The notes beneath the pieces were generated by a model that saw nothing but the letters and a program-made list of their open reading frames with translations, was not told where the DNA came from and did no database searches. Positions 52,000 through 64,000 of a stretch of 64,000 nt of DNA are shown one piece after another (the first letter of the stretch is position 1; every line of letters begins with the position of its first letter). The DNA is from Octopus bimaculoides (Eukaryota). The DNA lies in contig NC_068995.1 in NCBI RefSeq assembly GCF_001194135.2, positions 37,203,963 to 37,267,962 of the forward strand, written 5' to 3'. Both the position numbers and the translations under genes were made by a program.

Positions 52000-53700
52000 C
52001 GCAGGATGTGTTCCATTTAAAGACGATAGAGTGCGAATAGAAAGAGTTTGTCTTATTTCTACGAAGCTGACCGCCCACGGTAATCAATTGACTGCAGGGC
52101 GAATATGATTTGCACACAACATGATTCATAGACTAAAGGGACAAGGAATAGTATGAGGTTTGCTGGAATGGTGGGAGCCCTATAAATACGTGGACGATTG
52201 CTATTTATGTAACCTAAATTTGAAGGGTATTAACCGGAAAATCAACAAATGTTTGTCTATCCTAATCTTGCCTCTGCTATTAGACCGGTTCCACACAACG
52301 AAGATGTTCCAGTTCCTGTCTTCAATGTCTTGCCTCAGATAACTTTACCCTCAACCAAAGAAGATTCATCTCCTGAAGATGACACTAGAAATCAACACTT
52401 GTCAGTTGAGACTCCACCTTAGCTATTCTCCCAGGTAGAGCTGAATGATCTAGTTCGTGACTTGAACATCCCAAAAATTCTGCAGGACTGTTGGCTTTCC
52501 GACATAAAGAGAAGAATCTTCTAGAGAATGGTGTACGTATAACATTTTATCGGAGTCGGCATGAAGAGTTCTTTTCTTTCTTCACAAAAGAGGAAGAGCT
52601 GGTTTACTGCAGAGATGTGAGTAGGCTTCTTAATAAACTTGGCATTGAGGAATATAAACCAGAGGAATGGCGTCTGTTCATAGACAGCTCTTAAGCGTAG
52701 TTTTAAATGTGTATTGTTACACAGCGGAAATGTGTATGGCTCTGTCCTATTCGGCCACTCAACAACTTTGAAAGAAAAATATGAAGATATCAAGTTGGTT
52801 TTAGGGAAGATATGCGTTGACTAAAATGTGGTGAATTTTCTCGTGGGACAGCAATCTGGTTATATCAAATACCCATGCTTTCTATGCATGTGGGACAGTA
52901 GAGACCGAGTAAACCAATATATTAAGAAAGACTGGCCACCTCGAACAAATATGGCACCATGTAGAACTGAAAATGTATTGGAAGAACCTTCAGTTGAGCG
53001 AGATAAGATTATTTATCTCCCTTTGCACATCAATCTCGGATTGATCAAGCAATTCTTCAAAGATCTTGACGAAAATGAGGAGTGTTTCAAGTATATCTGC
53101 AGGGTATTTCCAGACTTGATGATTGAAAAACTTGAAGCATCAGCTTGGCTAGCCTTTGAAGAAATAGTGCAAAATGTCATTGGGAAACACAAAAGTGAAA
53201 ACTATAAAGACGTTATCACCAACTTGATATCAACTTTTCGTGATATTGACGCAAATATGAGCGTCAAAATGCATTATCGTTTTAGTCATCTTGATCGCTT
53301 TCCTGAAAACCTAGATGTTAGCGATGAACAAGGCAAACGATTCCATCAGGGCATCAAGGAGATGGGAACTCGGTACCAAGGACGCTGTGATGATGGTAGA
53401 CTATTGCTGGTGGTTAAAACGAGATACTCCTGTTGCTCAACATTCACGATTCACAAATAAGCATAAATTTATTCCTTCAATTTTCTTCCAAAAATCTTCG
53501 TCAATCTGCATTTTCAATTTTGAATTTTTATTTGTACTTTGTTTTGTTTTGTGTTACGCTCTCATTATTAATTCGTATTATATGCCTCTTGTATGGATGA
53601 AATACTTACTCTATCAGGTCTAGTCAGAAAACTTGACCTGATAGAGAAAAACTAAGTTATATTAAAATTTAGCAGGCAAAATCACTTAAGAATTCGTTGA
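52000..53700 (+). mobile_element. Decayed DNA transposase, CMC/Chapaev3-like
   Basis: WEP...DDCYLC, ELNDLVRDL, WRLFIDSS, CVLLHSGN, MVNFLVGQQSGYIKYPCFLCMWDSR, PLHINLGLIKQF, SHLDRFPENL-VSDEQGKRFHQ...RYQGR. Family name comes from recalled motifs. Confidence 0.75.
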
Positions 53701-54129
53701 AATATTCCAGGTACCAATGTAATGGTTTAGAATGTCTTGGAAACTGTTACAACTGCTTAATCACATCAGTACCATTTTCGAAAGAAATACATTGAATATA
53801 ACTACCACTTCTTGCCTGGAATACCACAGTTTATCAGATATAAACACCCATTATCAATACGGTTTTTACAGACGATAAAAGGTAAAGTCTATAACAGAGT
53901 ATAGGGACTTAGTAAAGTGATATAAGTGAATTTTTCAGAATTAGTTCGACATACTACCATTTCTACTGCAAGAATGTCCAATATACAGTCAAAATATATA
54001 TTATTGTATTGAAAATGAGGGTTCACATATAATTAAATTCAATGGTAAACTTCGATGAAATATCTAAGAGATACATATTGGTCTTTTCACGTCATTTAAA
54101 CATGTTGAAACATTAACCGCGACATATTT

Positions 54130-54300
54130 TTTCTCTTTCCCTCCATGTTTTTACTTCTCATCTCTTTCTGTCAAAGAGCATAGTCTCGAAACGTCAAAGA
54201 CTTTTCCATCTTCCTCTAGCTTCAAACTAATACACCTCACCTACTTATTGTCCCCTCACTTGTCACTGTCTTTTGTTTTCTGTACATTTGTACCTTTTAT
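54130..54300 (+). repeat. Decayed Penelope-like terminal repeat fragment
   Basis: GAGCATAGTCTCGAAACGTCAAAGACTTT...AAACTAATACA resembles a recalled octopus repeat. Confidence 0.4.
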
Positions 54301-55598
54301 ATGAATTAGGTTCAAAGCCATAAACACGGAGGGCTTTGCTTGATACTTTTCTGCTAGACATTACAGGAATAAATGAAAATATTTGCTTTCAGCTAAGAAA
54401 TCGAAGCTGTTTGGTAAATTCGGTTCAACAAGGGTTTATCCTGTTGTCGTGTTATTGTTGAACCTCAGGTAAATCGTGTTCGCACAAACTAATGATATAA
54501 AACAACTTCTCTGTGGAAGCCCCGTACCGTGTGCTTTAACATTTTTGGATACGCAATGATTTACCAAACAATCTATTATATTTAACAGAGTTCAATAGGA
54601 TTTCATTAAACATGTTTCTCTTCTTTTATTTCAGTGGGGTTATGGTTAAACTTCAATTTTAAAGTTGATTCATCGTATCAAGACTGAATTGTTGACTAGT
54701 ACCTTTTGATTTGTTGTCAAGGCAACCCTGATTCAGGAGATACTGTCATTCTGCTACACAATTTCACAAGCTAGCGAATTAGGCAGGAATTACACAGCAG
54801 CTACACAACCAATAATAAAAACTAGACCGAACCAGTTGGACTACATCAGTGACGGAATGTGACCCACTGATTTGGATATTTTCGTTTTCACTTGTACAAA
54901 GGGAAAACAGATCTTTCATGCACTAGAAGAATAAAAAAAAAACGCTACGAAACAAAAATACTTCCTATTTAACAAAGATATATGGAACTTAAGCATTGAG
55001 AACACAATGAAACAGAAATTAAAAAAGTAATTTTCAAGATAGGCTTCGTCGGTTTGGAGAACGAGCAGTCACTTTTTTGATCAAATGTTCGACATACTTG
55101 TGGAATGTACGGGTAGGGTGTTGTGCATTCCACAGAAAAGTGACACGCTGAAACATTGAATTACGGGTGCAATCAATCAAAGTTTGACCTGAAGTCACAC
55201 TAAAAAAAAAAACAGTCTTAAATTGCTACAGAATAGGACCGAAATAGCGATACCATGGTTGGGTAGCAAAATGTTTAACTGAACAACTAAGCCATTCCAA
55301 CAGTGTATTGATTTATGGAACACACATTTTTGTATAGCTAGCACAGAAAAGAAAGCGTATGTTAAACGTAAACTTGAATTTACAAATAAATTGAAATGTT
55401 AATGATTAAATAAATAGAAAAAGAACAATATTATTATTTTAGTCTGTCAACGCATCTCCAATATTGACACGTTCATATTCTGACTTAATTTTTCCATCAG
55501 TTATTTTTTGTATCTATTTTAACAATCCAACACACGTTCCTAGTATGCCCTGCGGGCATTTATCTTATTTATAAAAATATCTCATACGCACACGCACG

Positions 55599-55659
<61 letters not shown>

Positions 55660-55831
55660 TTTCCAGAGAAGAACCAATGGAGTAGTTAAGAAAGTGTATA
55701 TAGCGTTGTCGAACTAGTTGTGAGTGCGAAAATTTCGCGACACTGAATAAATTTTCAAAACTCCAAGCGGATGTTTCGATCAAGTATATGTATGTATGTA
55801 TGTAAATATCTGTATGTATGTATATATATAT

Positions 55832-55912
55832 AAAATACAGTGTACATTTAAACACATAAGAGGAATCCCATGAGTGGATTCCTCTTATGTGTTTAAATCT
55901 GCACTGTATTTT
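55832..55912. repeat. 81-nt near-perfect palindrome; core is a 69-bp TA|CAGTG...CACTG|TA MITE-like unit
   Basis: 37-nt arms (55832-55868, 55876-55912), 2 non-Watson-Crick positions, 7-nt loop. Confidence 0.85.
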
Positions 55913-56010
55913 ATGAGTAATACATAGTATTTGGACTAAATTTTAATCACGCTAGGCCACTGAAAGTGAAAATTTCTATTAATTTCCATTTTCCTGAGAT
56001 ATGATTAAGG

Positions 56011-56118
<108 letters not shown>

Positions 56119-56520
56119 GTGTAGTCAATAAGACATAGGTCAGAAGAAAAGCACACTCTAAAGAATAGAGCAGTAATTATTACAACAAAAAATTAAATTT
56201 TGGACATAGAGTTACGAACGCTTTCGTATCCACAAAGCCAAAGCCATGTGGAGAGTCTATACATGTCAGGCTCTATACAAAGACAAAAACTCTCTACGTC
56301 GGAGACGTGAGGAAACGTTTAGAAATCGAGATTTAAGTCTTAACATAAAAACGTTAATCAGGACGGGTTGTTTCCCCTGAATCAGAGGATAAAACAACAC
56401 TTATAGATCCAAGAAAGCCTAACCAGCAAAGGGGAAAATCCAATTTTCCAGTAGGTAGCGCTTGAAATGGACACATTTAGAAAAAACTTCTTTATTACTA
56501 TTTAACACGTCAAGTTTAGG

Positions 56521-56860
56521 TTAGTCCTTAAGAATTTTGGCTCTCTCTGCGATGCAGATTTTGCAACAGCTGCTCCCGTTAATATATGGGCCTAGACGAT
56601 CTATCATTTTCCACCTGATATCACACGGGGGACCCTTGATTTTGAGGTGCCACACATAGCAGGCCAGGTACGTGACAAACTGGCTTTCTGGGACTCTGAG
56701 AGATGACTGGTGGTTTCGGAAGCGACGTTTGGAAGATGTACTAGCTGATCCGATATATGTACAAACTTAAGATGTGGCTAATTTCGCACTCTTGGTATAT
56801 CTCTGACAGGCACCAGGCCTGGAGATGCGACAGGTAACACCATTGCTTTGGCGTTTTGGA
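56521..56860 (-). mobile_element. Penelope-like GIY-YIG endonuclease C-terminal fragment
   Basis: YIGSASTSSKRRFRNHQSSLR...YVWHLKIKG...IRWKMIDRLGPYINGSSCCKICIAERAKIL*. Confidence 0.8.
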
Positions 56861-57020
56861 TACGAAACCTTCTAGCGTCGAGACCAACATACCAGTCTGG
56901 TTTCAGGCTATTTCTGCTTCTCTTCAGTACTGGGCACCTTGTCAACTAAAGATAGCAGTAGCTCGCATCCGCTCACAATATTCATGAATTCAAACAACGC
57001 ACAATCGCTGATTTTGCAAC

Positions 57021-57286
57021 AAGCTAAAAAGCTAGTTCTAAAATCTTTGTAAGACATGATCGCAGTAGTTGTACCAGCAAGTAATGTTCGTAGCCACATC
57101 ATTATGGCCGTTCCATCCGAGCGGCTGTGCATCGTCAACCAGCTAGAGGAGATGTCCTCTTGGGGTTAAAAAAATCATAATTCCGCTCGAACGGAACAGC
57201 CATGTTGAAGTGGTTATGAACATTACTTACTAGTACAAATTGTGTGAGCATGTCTTAGAGAGATTTTAGAAGTAGCTTTTTAGCTT
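57021..57286. mobile_element. 266-bp foldback element with ~104-bp imperfect inverted arms
   Basis: 57021-57124 pairs with 57183-57286, e.g. AAGCTAAAAAGCTA..TCTAAAATCT, GTAATGTTC, CGAGCGG. Confidence 0.85.
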
Positions 57287-57319
<33 letters not shown>

Positions 57320-57570
57320 TANNNNNNNNNNNNNNNNNNNNNNNNNNNNNNNNNNNNNNNNNNNNNNNNNNNNNNNNNNNNNNNNNNNNNNNNNNNNNNN
57401 NNNNNNNNNNNNNNNNNNNNNNNNNNNNNNNNNNNNNNNNNNNNNNNNNNNNNNNNNNNNNNNNNNNNNNNNNNNNNNNNNNNNNNNNNNNNNNNNNNNN
57501 NNNNNNNNNNNNNNNNNNNNNNNNNNNNNNNNNNNNNNNNNNNNNNNNNNNNNNNNNNNNNNNNNNNNNN

Positions 57571-57611
<41 letters not shown>

Positions 57612-57689
57612 GCTTAATCAAATCTGAAAGAAAGGTAAATATAATCGTGACTTGAAAACGAAAACAATCCGAATATACAATTATGGGTT

Positions 57690-57739
57690 GAAAGGACTCC
57701 TACTGCTGAAAGGACTCCTACTGTTGAAAGGACTCCTAT
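57690..57739. repeat. 18-bp tandem repeat, about 2.8 copies (GAAAGGACTCCTACTG(C/T)T)
   Basis: Directly visible. Confidence 0.9.
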
Positions 57740-58181
57740 TAATAAAGCACTAATATACGTGATAATATTGGTGAAGGTGGGATGAGTGGCCGAGGATGTG
57801 GATTACAAGTAAATGGATTGTCTTTCAATTTTTTTTAAAATATGTAGTTCTTGCCGAAAGACTGGTCACAACAAATCTATGGTAAAAGAAATAAAAACGT
57901 ACCTTAGTCTTTAAGGTATTAATGAGTCTTGTTAAACAGATGAAAATAGGAGAAAAGAATAACCCTGTATTTTCACATGCACACATAAGAACTTCATCAA
58001 ATCCACCATCTAAACTTACCATAGTAATAACGATAGAAGAATTTTGGACGTAACCTTATTAACATAGCCGTATTAACATATAAAAAAACTCGTTCCTGTA
58101 GCAGTTGTAATTATATTTACATGGCTAAGTGCAGGGAAAAAACAGGAAAAGAAGGGCAAAATATGAAATACTCTTACTTAC

Positions 58182-58327
58182 TCTCACTGTTAGATCAAAA
58201 GACGGAAAGTAGGGCTTAATTGACGAATCTCCACGACTTCTAGAAATTCTCTCAATGGTCTTCAGCTGGCAGAGGGTTCCGTTATCTTCTTGCATTCGAA
58301 AATAAGTCTTCCAGTTTGGTGGAGATC
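58182..58327 (-). CDS. Cadherin exon B (146 nt): (G)SPPNWKTYFRMQEDNGTLCQLKTIERISRSRGDSSIKPYFPSFDLTVR
   Basis: Acceptor ttttttatatatatatatag, donor AGA|gtaagt. Starts with 2 nt that complete the G codon, ends in phase 0. Lies within ORF 58125..58463. Confidence 0.88.
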
Positions 58328-59189
58328 CTATATATATATATAAAAAAGAAACAATGAAAATATATTCAAATATATCTATTTTAGCTTTTCTCAAACAGGT
58401 AGCTATGAATTTGTTCATGCATCTATGGTTGGGTAAGCCTTTCCAAATTAAAGTGGAATTCACAGGTCAGATATTAAGAAATAACAACACCGTTTGTATC
58501 TAATGTCTTTTCCTTTCATTCCCACCTTGATCGGTTATTAGACTTTTATTAGAACTATTACCAGAACTGTTATTAGGTCTACCGTGAAAAGCTTTCATCT
58601 ATTGTTATTAGGTGTATTATATCTAAGAATATAGTTCTTGATTATCATTTTTATAAGACGCTTGTGTGCAGTGATTTAAAAAATATTTGGCTGCTATTTC
58701 TAGCATATTTAGTGAAGTAAAGACTTCGTAGTTCGGTCGGTTTCCGATAACAAATATAATACTCGAATTCTAGATATGTTGCAAGCATATAATGTCTTTA
58801 ATGTCTTATTCAATCATTTCAATTCGATGTAGAAAACAGAAAATTGATCCATTCAAGCAAAAGTAATTTATAATAATAAGCGTTCGGAAAACATGTTAAA
58901 TATTTCTCAGAAATATATAAACACAGTAATATATTCCTCTGTAGTCGATACACAAAACTGTCGGAAGTCTAAAAGAAATATACTTTTTCAGAAAAACATC
59001 ATATATCACAGATGTGAAATTCCTATTAAATTGATTAACGCTATACCAAATAAAAGATGCCGAAATAATTAAAATAATTATTTTGAATTGCTCTCATGCT
59101 CGGTACAACCCATTTTATATATCATAGATTCACTGATCTTTTTCTCAATAAATTCTATTCACTACGAGGATCATCATTTAAAGCTGAGG

Positions 59190-59335
59190 TATAATATTGG
59201 TTTCAAATTTTGGCAGAAGGCCCTTAGAGGACGAAAAGCGAAGCCGAACTCGGCGGAATTTGAACACAGAAAGACATGAAATGCTTCTAAGCATTCTGTC
59301 CGGCTTGCTAACGATTCTGCCAGTTCGCCGCATTA
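59190..59335 (-). mobile_element. Internally deleted SINE copy
   Basis: TTGGTTTCAAATTTTGGC tail and CGGCGGAATTTGAACACAGAA body. Confidence 0.7.
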
Positions 59336-60774
59336 AGTTGAAATATAATATTAATACATATTCATAAAAGCAAGGATAGTTCATATGTTCCACACGTCTA
59401 AAGTTTTTGATTGTAATTAGTCTGTCATGTAAATTGATTATTGTTTATTTCTGGAAACTAATATCAATTAAGATAGAGTTAAGACGAAGATATATCTTAT
59501 TTCTTAATATTTTCATTTTCTACAGATTGCTATGCAACTGGTGGCAAAATATTGTGTATCAAAACAATTCATATTAGCAATATTTTTTTGGTGGAGAAGA
59601 ATACTGATTAAGAGTGTCCCCGACTTTTGCACTAAGTAATAAAAAAACAAAAACAGTATAAAAGTCATTGGATCTCCGACATTGAAGTGTACGCTAAATT
59701 ATTGTGAAATACTCCATCCCCAATTACATCACACTATCATCACATCAAAGTGGGTAATGCATTATGATTATGTAAAGTGGACAAAGAATAAAATAAAATA
59801 AAATAAAAATAAAATAAAGTAGTAAAAAATAAAATCCAGTCGTTCACACTCAGGGCAAGTTTGATCAACATTATTCTAGATCATCTTTATTAATTTGAAG
59901 AAGAAAATAAACAAAATAATATTAGGGAAGCGTGTGAATCCAATGAAAATCTCAGAGGCAGTCTTTAAAGAAATATTCCTATTTGCGACCAGGAGAAGAA
60001 ATTTTTTGTGTTTTAGAATATTTTTTAATCACCGTTAAACGTGAGTTGGAAAACAAGTATGAGAAAACACTAATTACAGAAGGAGAAGAAACGTACCGAA
60101 ACATGATCATTAAAAAAAGCAATAAATTGATATTTGCTAGCTAATCAAATAAAAAATTATATACATGTCCGCAAATACTAATTTGAATTTTCCCTTATTT
60201 GGAAATGAAAGAAAAACAAGACGGCCATTGTTAGTGGGGCATTTTAAAGAAATTTAGAAACTATTTCTCAAACCTAATTTACATAATTACAGGAAAGCAT
60301 GTTTGATTCTTGTTTGCTTGTAAGAGGTAACTAATGACTTGGTCCCTATCGAATAGACTGATCGAGGCTACCGCTCAGCTTACAGCGAATTTGTTTCTAG
60401 TATAAAGACTTACAAATAACATTTGGCCAGCAAAATTTCTATAATTAAAACTTAATTAAAATTCCGGTAATTAATTCATCAAAGTATGTACTAAATGTTA
60501 TACACTAAAGTTCCTAAATGAGAAAAAATTACTTCTAAGTTGAAGAAACAAAACAAATATCTCGAGGAAGTTGTTAGAGACTCACTCAGTGAAGGGAAAT
60601 AATTTTAAAAAATTGACGACTGATATATTCAAATTAAATTCAGCGTTGAATGCCGTTTGAAAAAATGTAGTTCCTAATTCAATTCTTCATCTTACTAGTG
60701 GGAGGGAAACAAAAACTTGACAATTGTTAACGCTTATAAAAGATAAGAAGAATTGGCTCCGAGGCAAGCAGCCG

Positions 60775-60920
60775 GCATCAGCATCAACATGTCTACACCG
60801 GCATCAACATTGCCGCCATCATCAACGCCACTATCGCCACCACCACTATCACCACCGCGTCTTTCACCACTGTCGCTATTACCACCACCGCAACGAACAA
60901 CAACTATTACAACAACAAAA
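60775..60920. repeat. Mosaic (CAT/CAC/CAA)n tract
   Basis: Directly visible. Confidence 0.85.
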
Positions 60921-61563
60921 ACAAACATTTATGAACATATGTACATTGTCCTGAAGAAATGTAACAACAACGTGAATCACTCAAGATAAATCAGATTTTT
61001 TTTTCAGAGATCATAAATATGGAACTAACTATAGGAGAAACTCTATGTAAAGGACCACAACGTTTTTGCTCGACTGGCAAGAAATGACTGTTACGATTGC
61101 AGACGACGTAGGTATTTTGGCAGCCTAGAAGCTAGCTTGCCTTCTACACATTTCTGGATTTCATTTCCCTGGGGGGAATCTTACTAAATGCTTCCAACTA
61201 TAGCCTCGAGTTCTCCTGTACTGTGTTCAACTATACCGTACAAACACGTAAACACACACACAGGTACACACACACACGCACGCACATACATAAACGTGCG
61301 CGATTGTGTGTATTTGTATCTATTCAACTGAATAGATCATATACTCAGAGACTAAGATTGCTTGGAGACACTAGGCGTCTTATAAAACTCTGTCTAGACA
61401 TGTATATCCAAAGCAAGAAACTGTTAGTTAGTCGCATCTTTATACTGTGTATATTAAATGATATATATCTCTTACTGGATGGAGTACTTCATGTTGTTAA
61501 TCTTATCTTAACGGAACAGTAAACTCTCTCTCTCTCTCTTTCTCTCACTATCTATCTCTCTCA

Positions 61564-61638
<75 letters not shown>

Positions 61639-61739
61639 CTTGCCTACCTACCAACCTACCTACCCATCCATCCATCCATCCATATACGAGCTACATCCCA
61701 AGTTTAAGACCTTTTTTTTTTAGGAGAGGCAGTTATAAC

Positions 61740-62360
61740 TCGAGTATTATTCTTTCTCGACCGCACCCCACACATAGTGAGCTATGGGATTATACTCGGT
61801 GGGATTAGGAAGCCAGAAATTGGAGTTGGTGAAATCGTAGAAATTCTCCGACAACCACATCTGACACTTGCCAAAGGTATGGCAAGTGGCCAAATCCTGC
61901 TGCCACGCATATCACCTTCTAGCAGCAAATCTCTCCAGCTAGAGTTTGATCATAGTCTTCAACAGTTTCTTTTAGCCAACAGTAATGAGACTAAAACCCT
62001 GTCCAAATTTGTGGCGATGAACTCGGACGTCCAGGCACAGTTTGAACACTTGCTGTGTCCCTTCCTGCTGGCTACCGCTTCGTAGTCTCCGCGTTACAGC
62101 CGTTCATGTCACATCTTAGAGCCTTTGGTGTGTTTACAAAACATTGTGCCACAGTTATGATGTGGGGATTCTGATACCCTGCGCGAATCATCCTGACACT
62201 AACTCTTTTCAAATATTCAGATGGCTTCCAGTTCGCCAACATTTTCTCAACTACAAACTTAAACTTTACGCTCTCCAACGCCGTTGATTTTGGAGGAATG
62301 CATGCAACTAATCCTGAAGAAAAGATAAAATATCATCAAATTTAGCCCTGTACGCCCTGT
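61740..62360 (-). mobile_element. Internally deleted Tc1/mariner DD37D (maT-like) element
   Basis: [54 protein letters not shown]: 37 residues lie between the second D and the third catalytic position, which is here mutated to A. Confidence 0.8.
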
Positions 62361-62387
62361 ACAATATCTTTTGTTCATCAATATAAT

Positions 62388-62610
62388 GGAAGGCAGCGAA
62401 CTGGCAGAATGTTTAGCACGTCAGGCAAAATATTTAGTGTCATTTCGTCGAACTTCATTTTCTGAATTCAAATTCCGCTGCAGTCGACTTCACCTTTCAT
62501 CTTTTCGCGGTCGAAAAAGTATGTACCAGTTGGGTACTGAGGTCGATGTAATCGTCTTACCCACTCCTTTGAACTTGGTGGCCTTGTCCCAAAATTTAAA
62601 ACCAATATGA
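62388..62610 (+). mobile_element. Full-length SINE (GCCTTGT-type tail)
   Basis: GGCAGCGAACTGGCAGAATGTTTAGCACG head, TGAATTCAAATTCCGC, CTTTCATCTTTTCGCGGTCGA, tail GGCCTTGTCCCAAAATTTAAAACC. Confidence 0.8.
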
Positions 62611-62938
62611 ATTAAATTGATTTTTTTAAATGTAGTCTAGTTTCGATATTAAGAATATCAGCAATATGCCGTTCTAAGTGGAAGGCTGTATCTAATCACC
62701 CTCATCTGTTAGAAATAGCAGCCAAACCCTCATCCTTCAAATCCTGGCATCTTATGATATGAAAAACACATTGAATAATGTTTTTTTAGATGAATGTTTG
62801 AATGAACAAAGAGATAATCATGATTGTCAGGTTTTGATGATAAATCTGCTGTAGTAGGTTTAATCAAGACAAAACATGCACAACACTAATATTTCCGTTG
62901 TATGTCAATCAAATATTGAAAAAAAAAATGCTATTTAC

Positions 62939-63029
62939 CATCAGTAATTACATATTTAATCGGAGATTTCTTCACCGGATCCTTATCTTCCGCCTTCATT
63001 TTTGGTGTTACGTCAACGCATTCATCTTT
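62939..63029 (-). CDS. Cadherin exon A (91 nt): KDECVDVTPKMKAEDKDPVKKSPIKYVITD-G
   Basis: Acceptor tttcttatag, donor G|gtaaat. Phase 1 end matches the next exon. Contains A-x-D-x-D and I-x-Y cadherin motifs. Not in the ORF track. Confidence 0.88.
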
Positions 63030-63256
63030 CTATAAGAAATATAAAACTGAAGTTATGAGACACTATACAATGAAGGATATAGGATTGCATGCCGTTTAAA
63101 CAATACACAATGCGAGTATTACTGAAAACAGAGCGCGGTTTTTCTATATTTCTTCGTATTAAATAAATGGATATTCAAGAAAGAAAACATTGCAGCAGAC
63201 AACTTACGACAAAGAAGCAAGGATATCTGTATATATACAGAGGTATAAGGATAATA

Positions 63257-64000
63257 CAAGGTCTGATCAATAAGTAACCGGACTGGTGCTATAAAAACAA
63301 AACAGCACATACGTATTTGGCATTTAATCCCCTTCCAAGTAGTCTCCTCCGGAAGCCACACACTTAATCTAGCGTTGTTTCCATTGATGGAAGCATTCAT
63401 GGAACTCGTTTTCTGGGATAATCAGTAATTGCCTCGTCGCATTCACTCTGATTTTCTCGGCGCCCTGAAATCTTTTTACTTTCAAGTGAGGTTTGATTTT
63501 TGTAAAAAGGAAAAAGTCGCAAGGGGCAAGATCTGGGAAATACGGTGCCTGTCAGACCTGGGGAATGCTGTGCCTAACCAAAAGCTGCTGCACAAGCTCT
63601 GCTGAATGGACAGGTGCATTGTCAGCTGAAAGTAGTTTTGGGACAAACTTGGCAGATATGCGTCTCATATCCAAATCTTCAGTGATAATGGACTGAAATG
63701 AACCGTAACTAATCTACAAATCTTCTGATAGCTCACAGATGGTGATTCGACGATTTTCCCTCACAGTTGCACACACATCTGTGATGTTTTTCTCAGCTCT
63801 GTGAGTTGCGGGTTTCCTAGAACATTTGTCAATATCGACATTTTTTCGGCTTATACACTCCTCTCCACACACTTTCTGCAACTTTGCGTAGGCCTCTGGG
63901 CAGGTATCGCCAACGTTTGGCAAAATTTGATGCAGATTCATAGTCAATGCGACAATCACACGCTACTCACGTTCCTTCCAAGCACTGATGTAAACAGCAG
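63257..64000 (-). mobile_element. Mariner element, internally deleted, running off the window
   Basis: TA|CAAGGTCTGATCAATAAGTAACCGGACT end; C-terminal transposase remnant at ~63320-63400; N-terminal HTH EAYAKLQKVCGEECISR...VRENRRITICELSEDL. Confidence 0.82.

Noticed and set aside
54160-54200. Hammerhead ribozyme in the Penelope-like terminal repeat
   Set aside because: GAG...CTC-GAAAC is present but the CUGANGA core is not intact in this copy.
55098-55147. 50-nt AG/GT-bounded segment between exons B and C
   Set aside because: Exons B and C already join into a complete EC strand, and this peptide is not cadherin-like.
61476-61505. INNMKYSI followed by gtaaga as a cadherin exon
   Set aside because: It ends in phase 2 whereas exon B needs phase 1; exon A (62939-63029) fits both phase and motif.

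Overview
AT-rich, microsatellite-dense eukaryotic DNA. It looks like an octopus (coleoid cephalopod) short-read assembly; this is inferred from the recurring tRNA-derived SINE families and six N-gaps that all sit in microsatellites. The only host gene I can support is a multi-exon cadherin-related gene on the minus strand. Six consecutive exons (62939-63029, 58182-58327, 49802-49981, 46362-46499, 11017-11181, 7327-7574) have GT-AG boundaries and matching phases. They splice into one open frame of about 322 aa covering most of three EC repeats, closest in pattern to the PCDH15/Cad99C/CDHR5 group. The gene extends beyond both window edges, and one intron is 35 kb. The introns hold decayed transposons: hAT (Tip100/ZMYM1-like), several Tc1/mariner including DD37D, a Chapaev3-like element, a complete non-autonomous Helitron, Dong/R4, RTE, Tx1-like L1 and Penelope-like fragments, many SINEs, and several palindromic MITE/foldback elements. 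The most interesting signals are (1) a 1.4 kb ORF1-only (HAL1-like) retroelement with a 9-bp target-site duplication, whose 3' tail is shared with a Tx1-like LINE and with one SINE subtype, suggesting a three-member mobilisation system, and (2) a foldback element family with a short hairpin showing compensatory substitutions. All family assignments are by-eye motif recognition; no searches were run.
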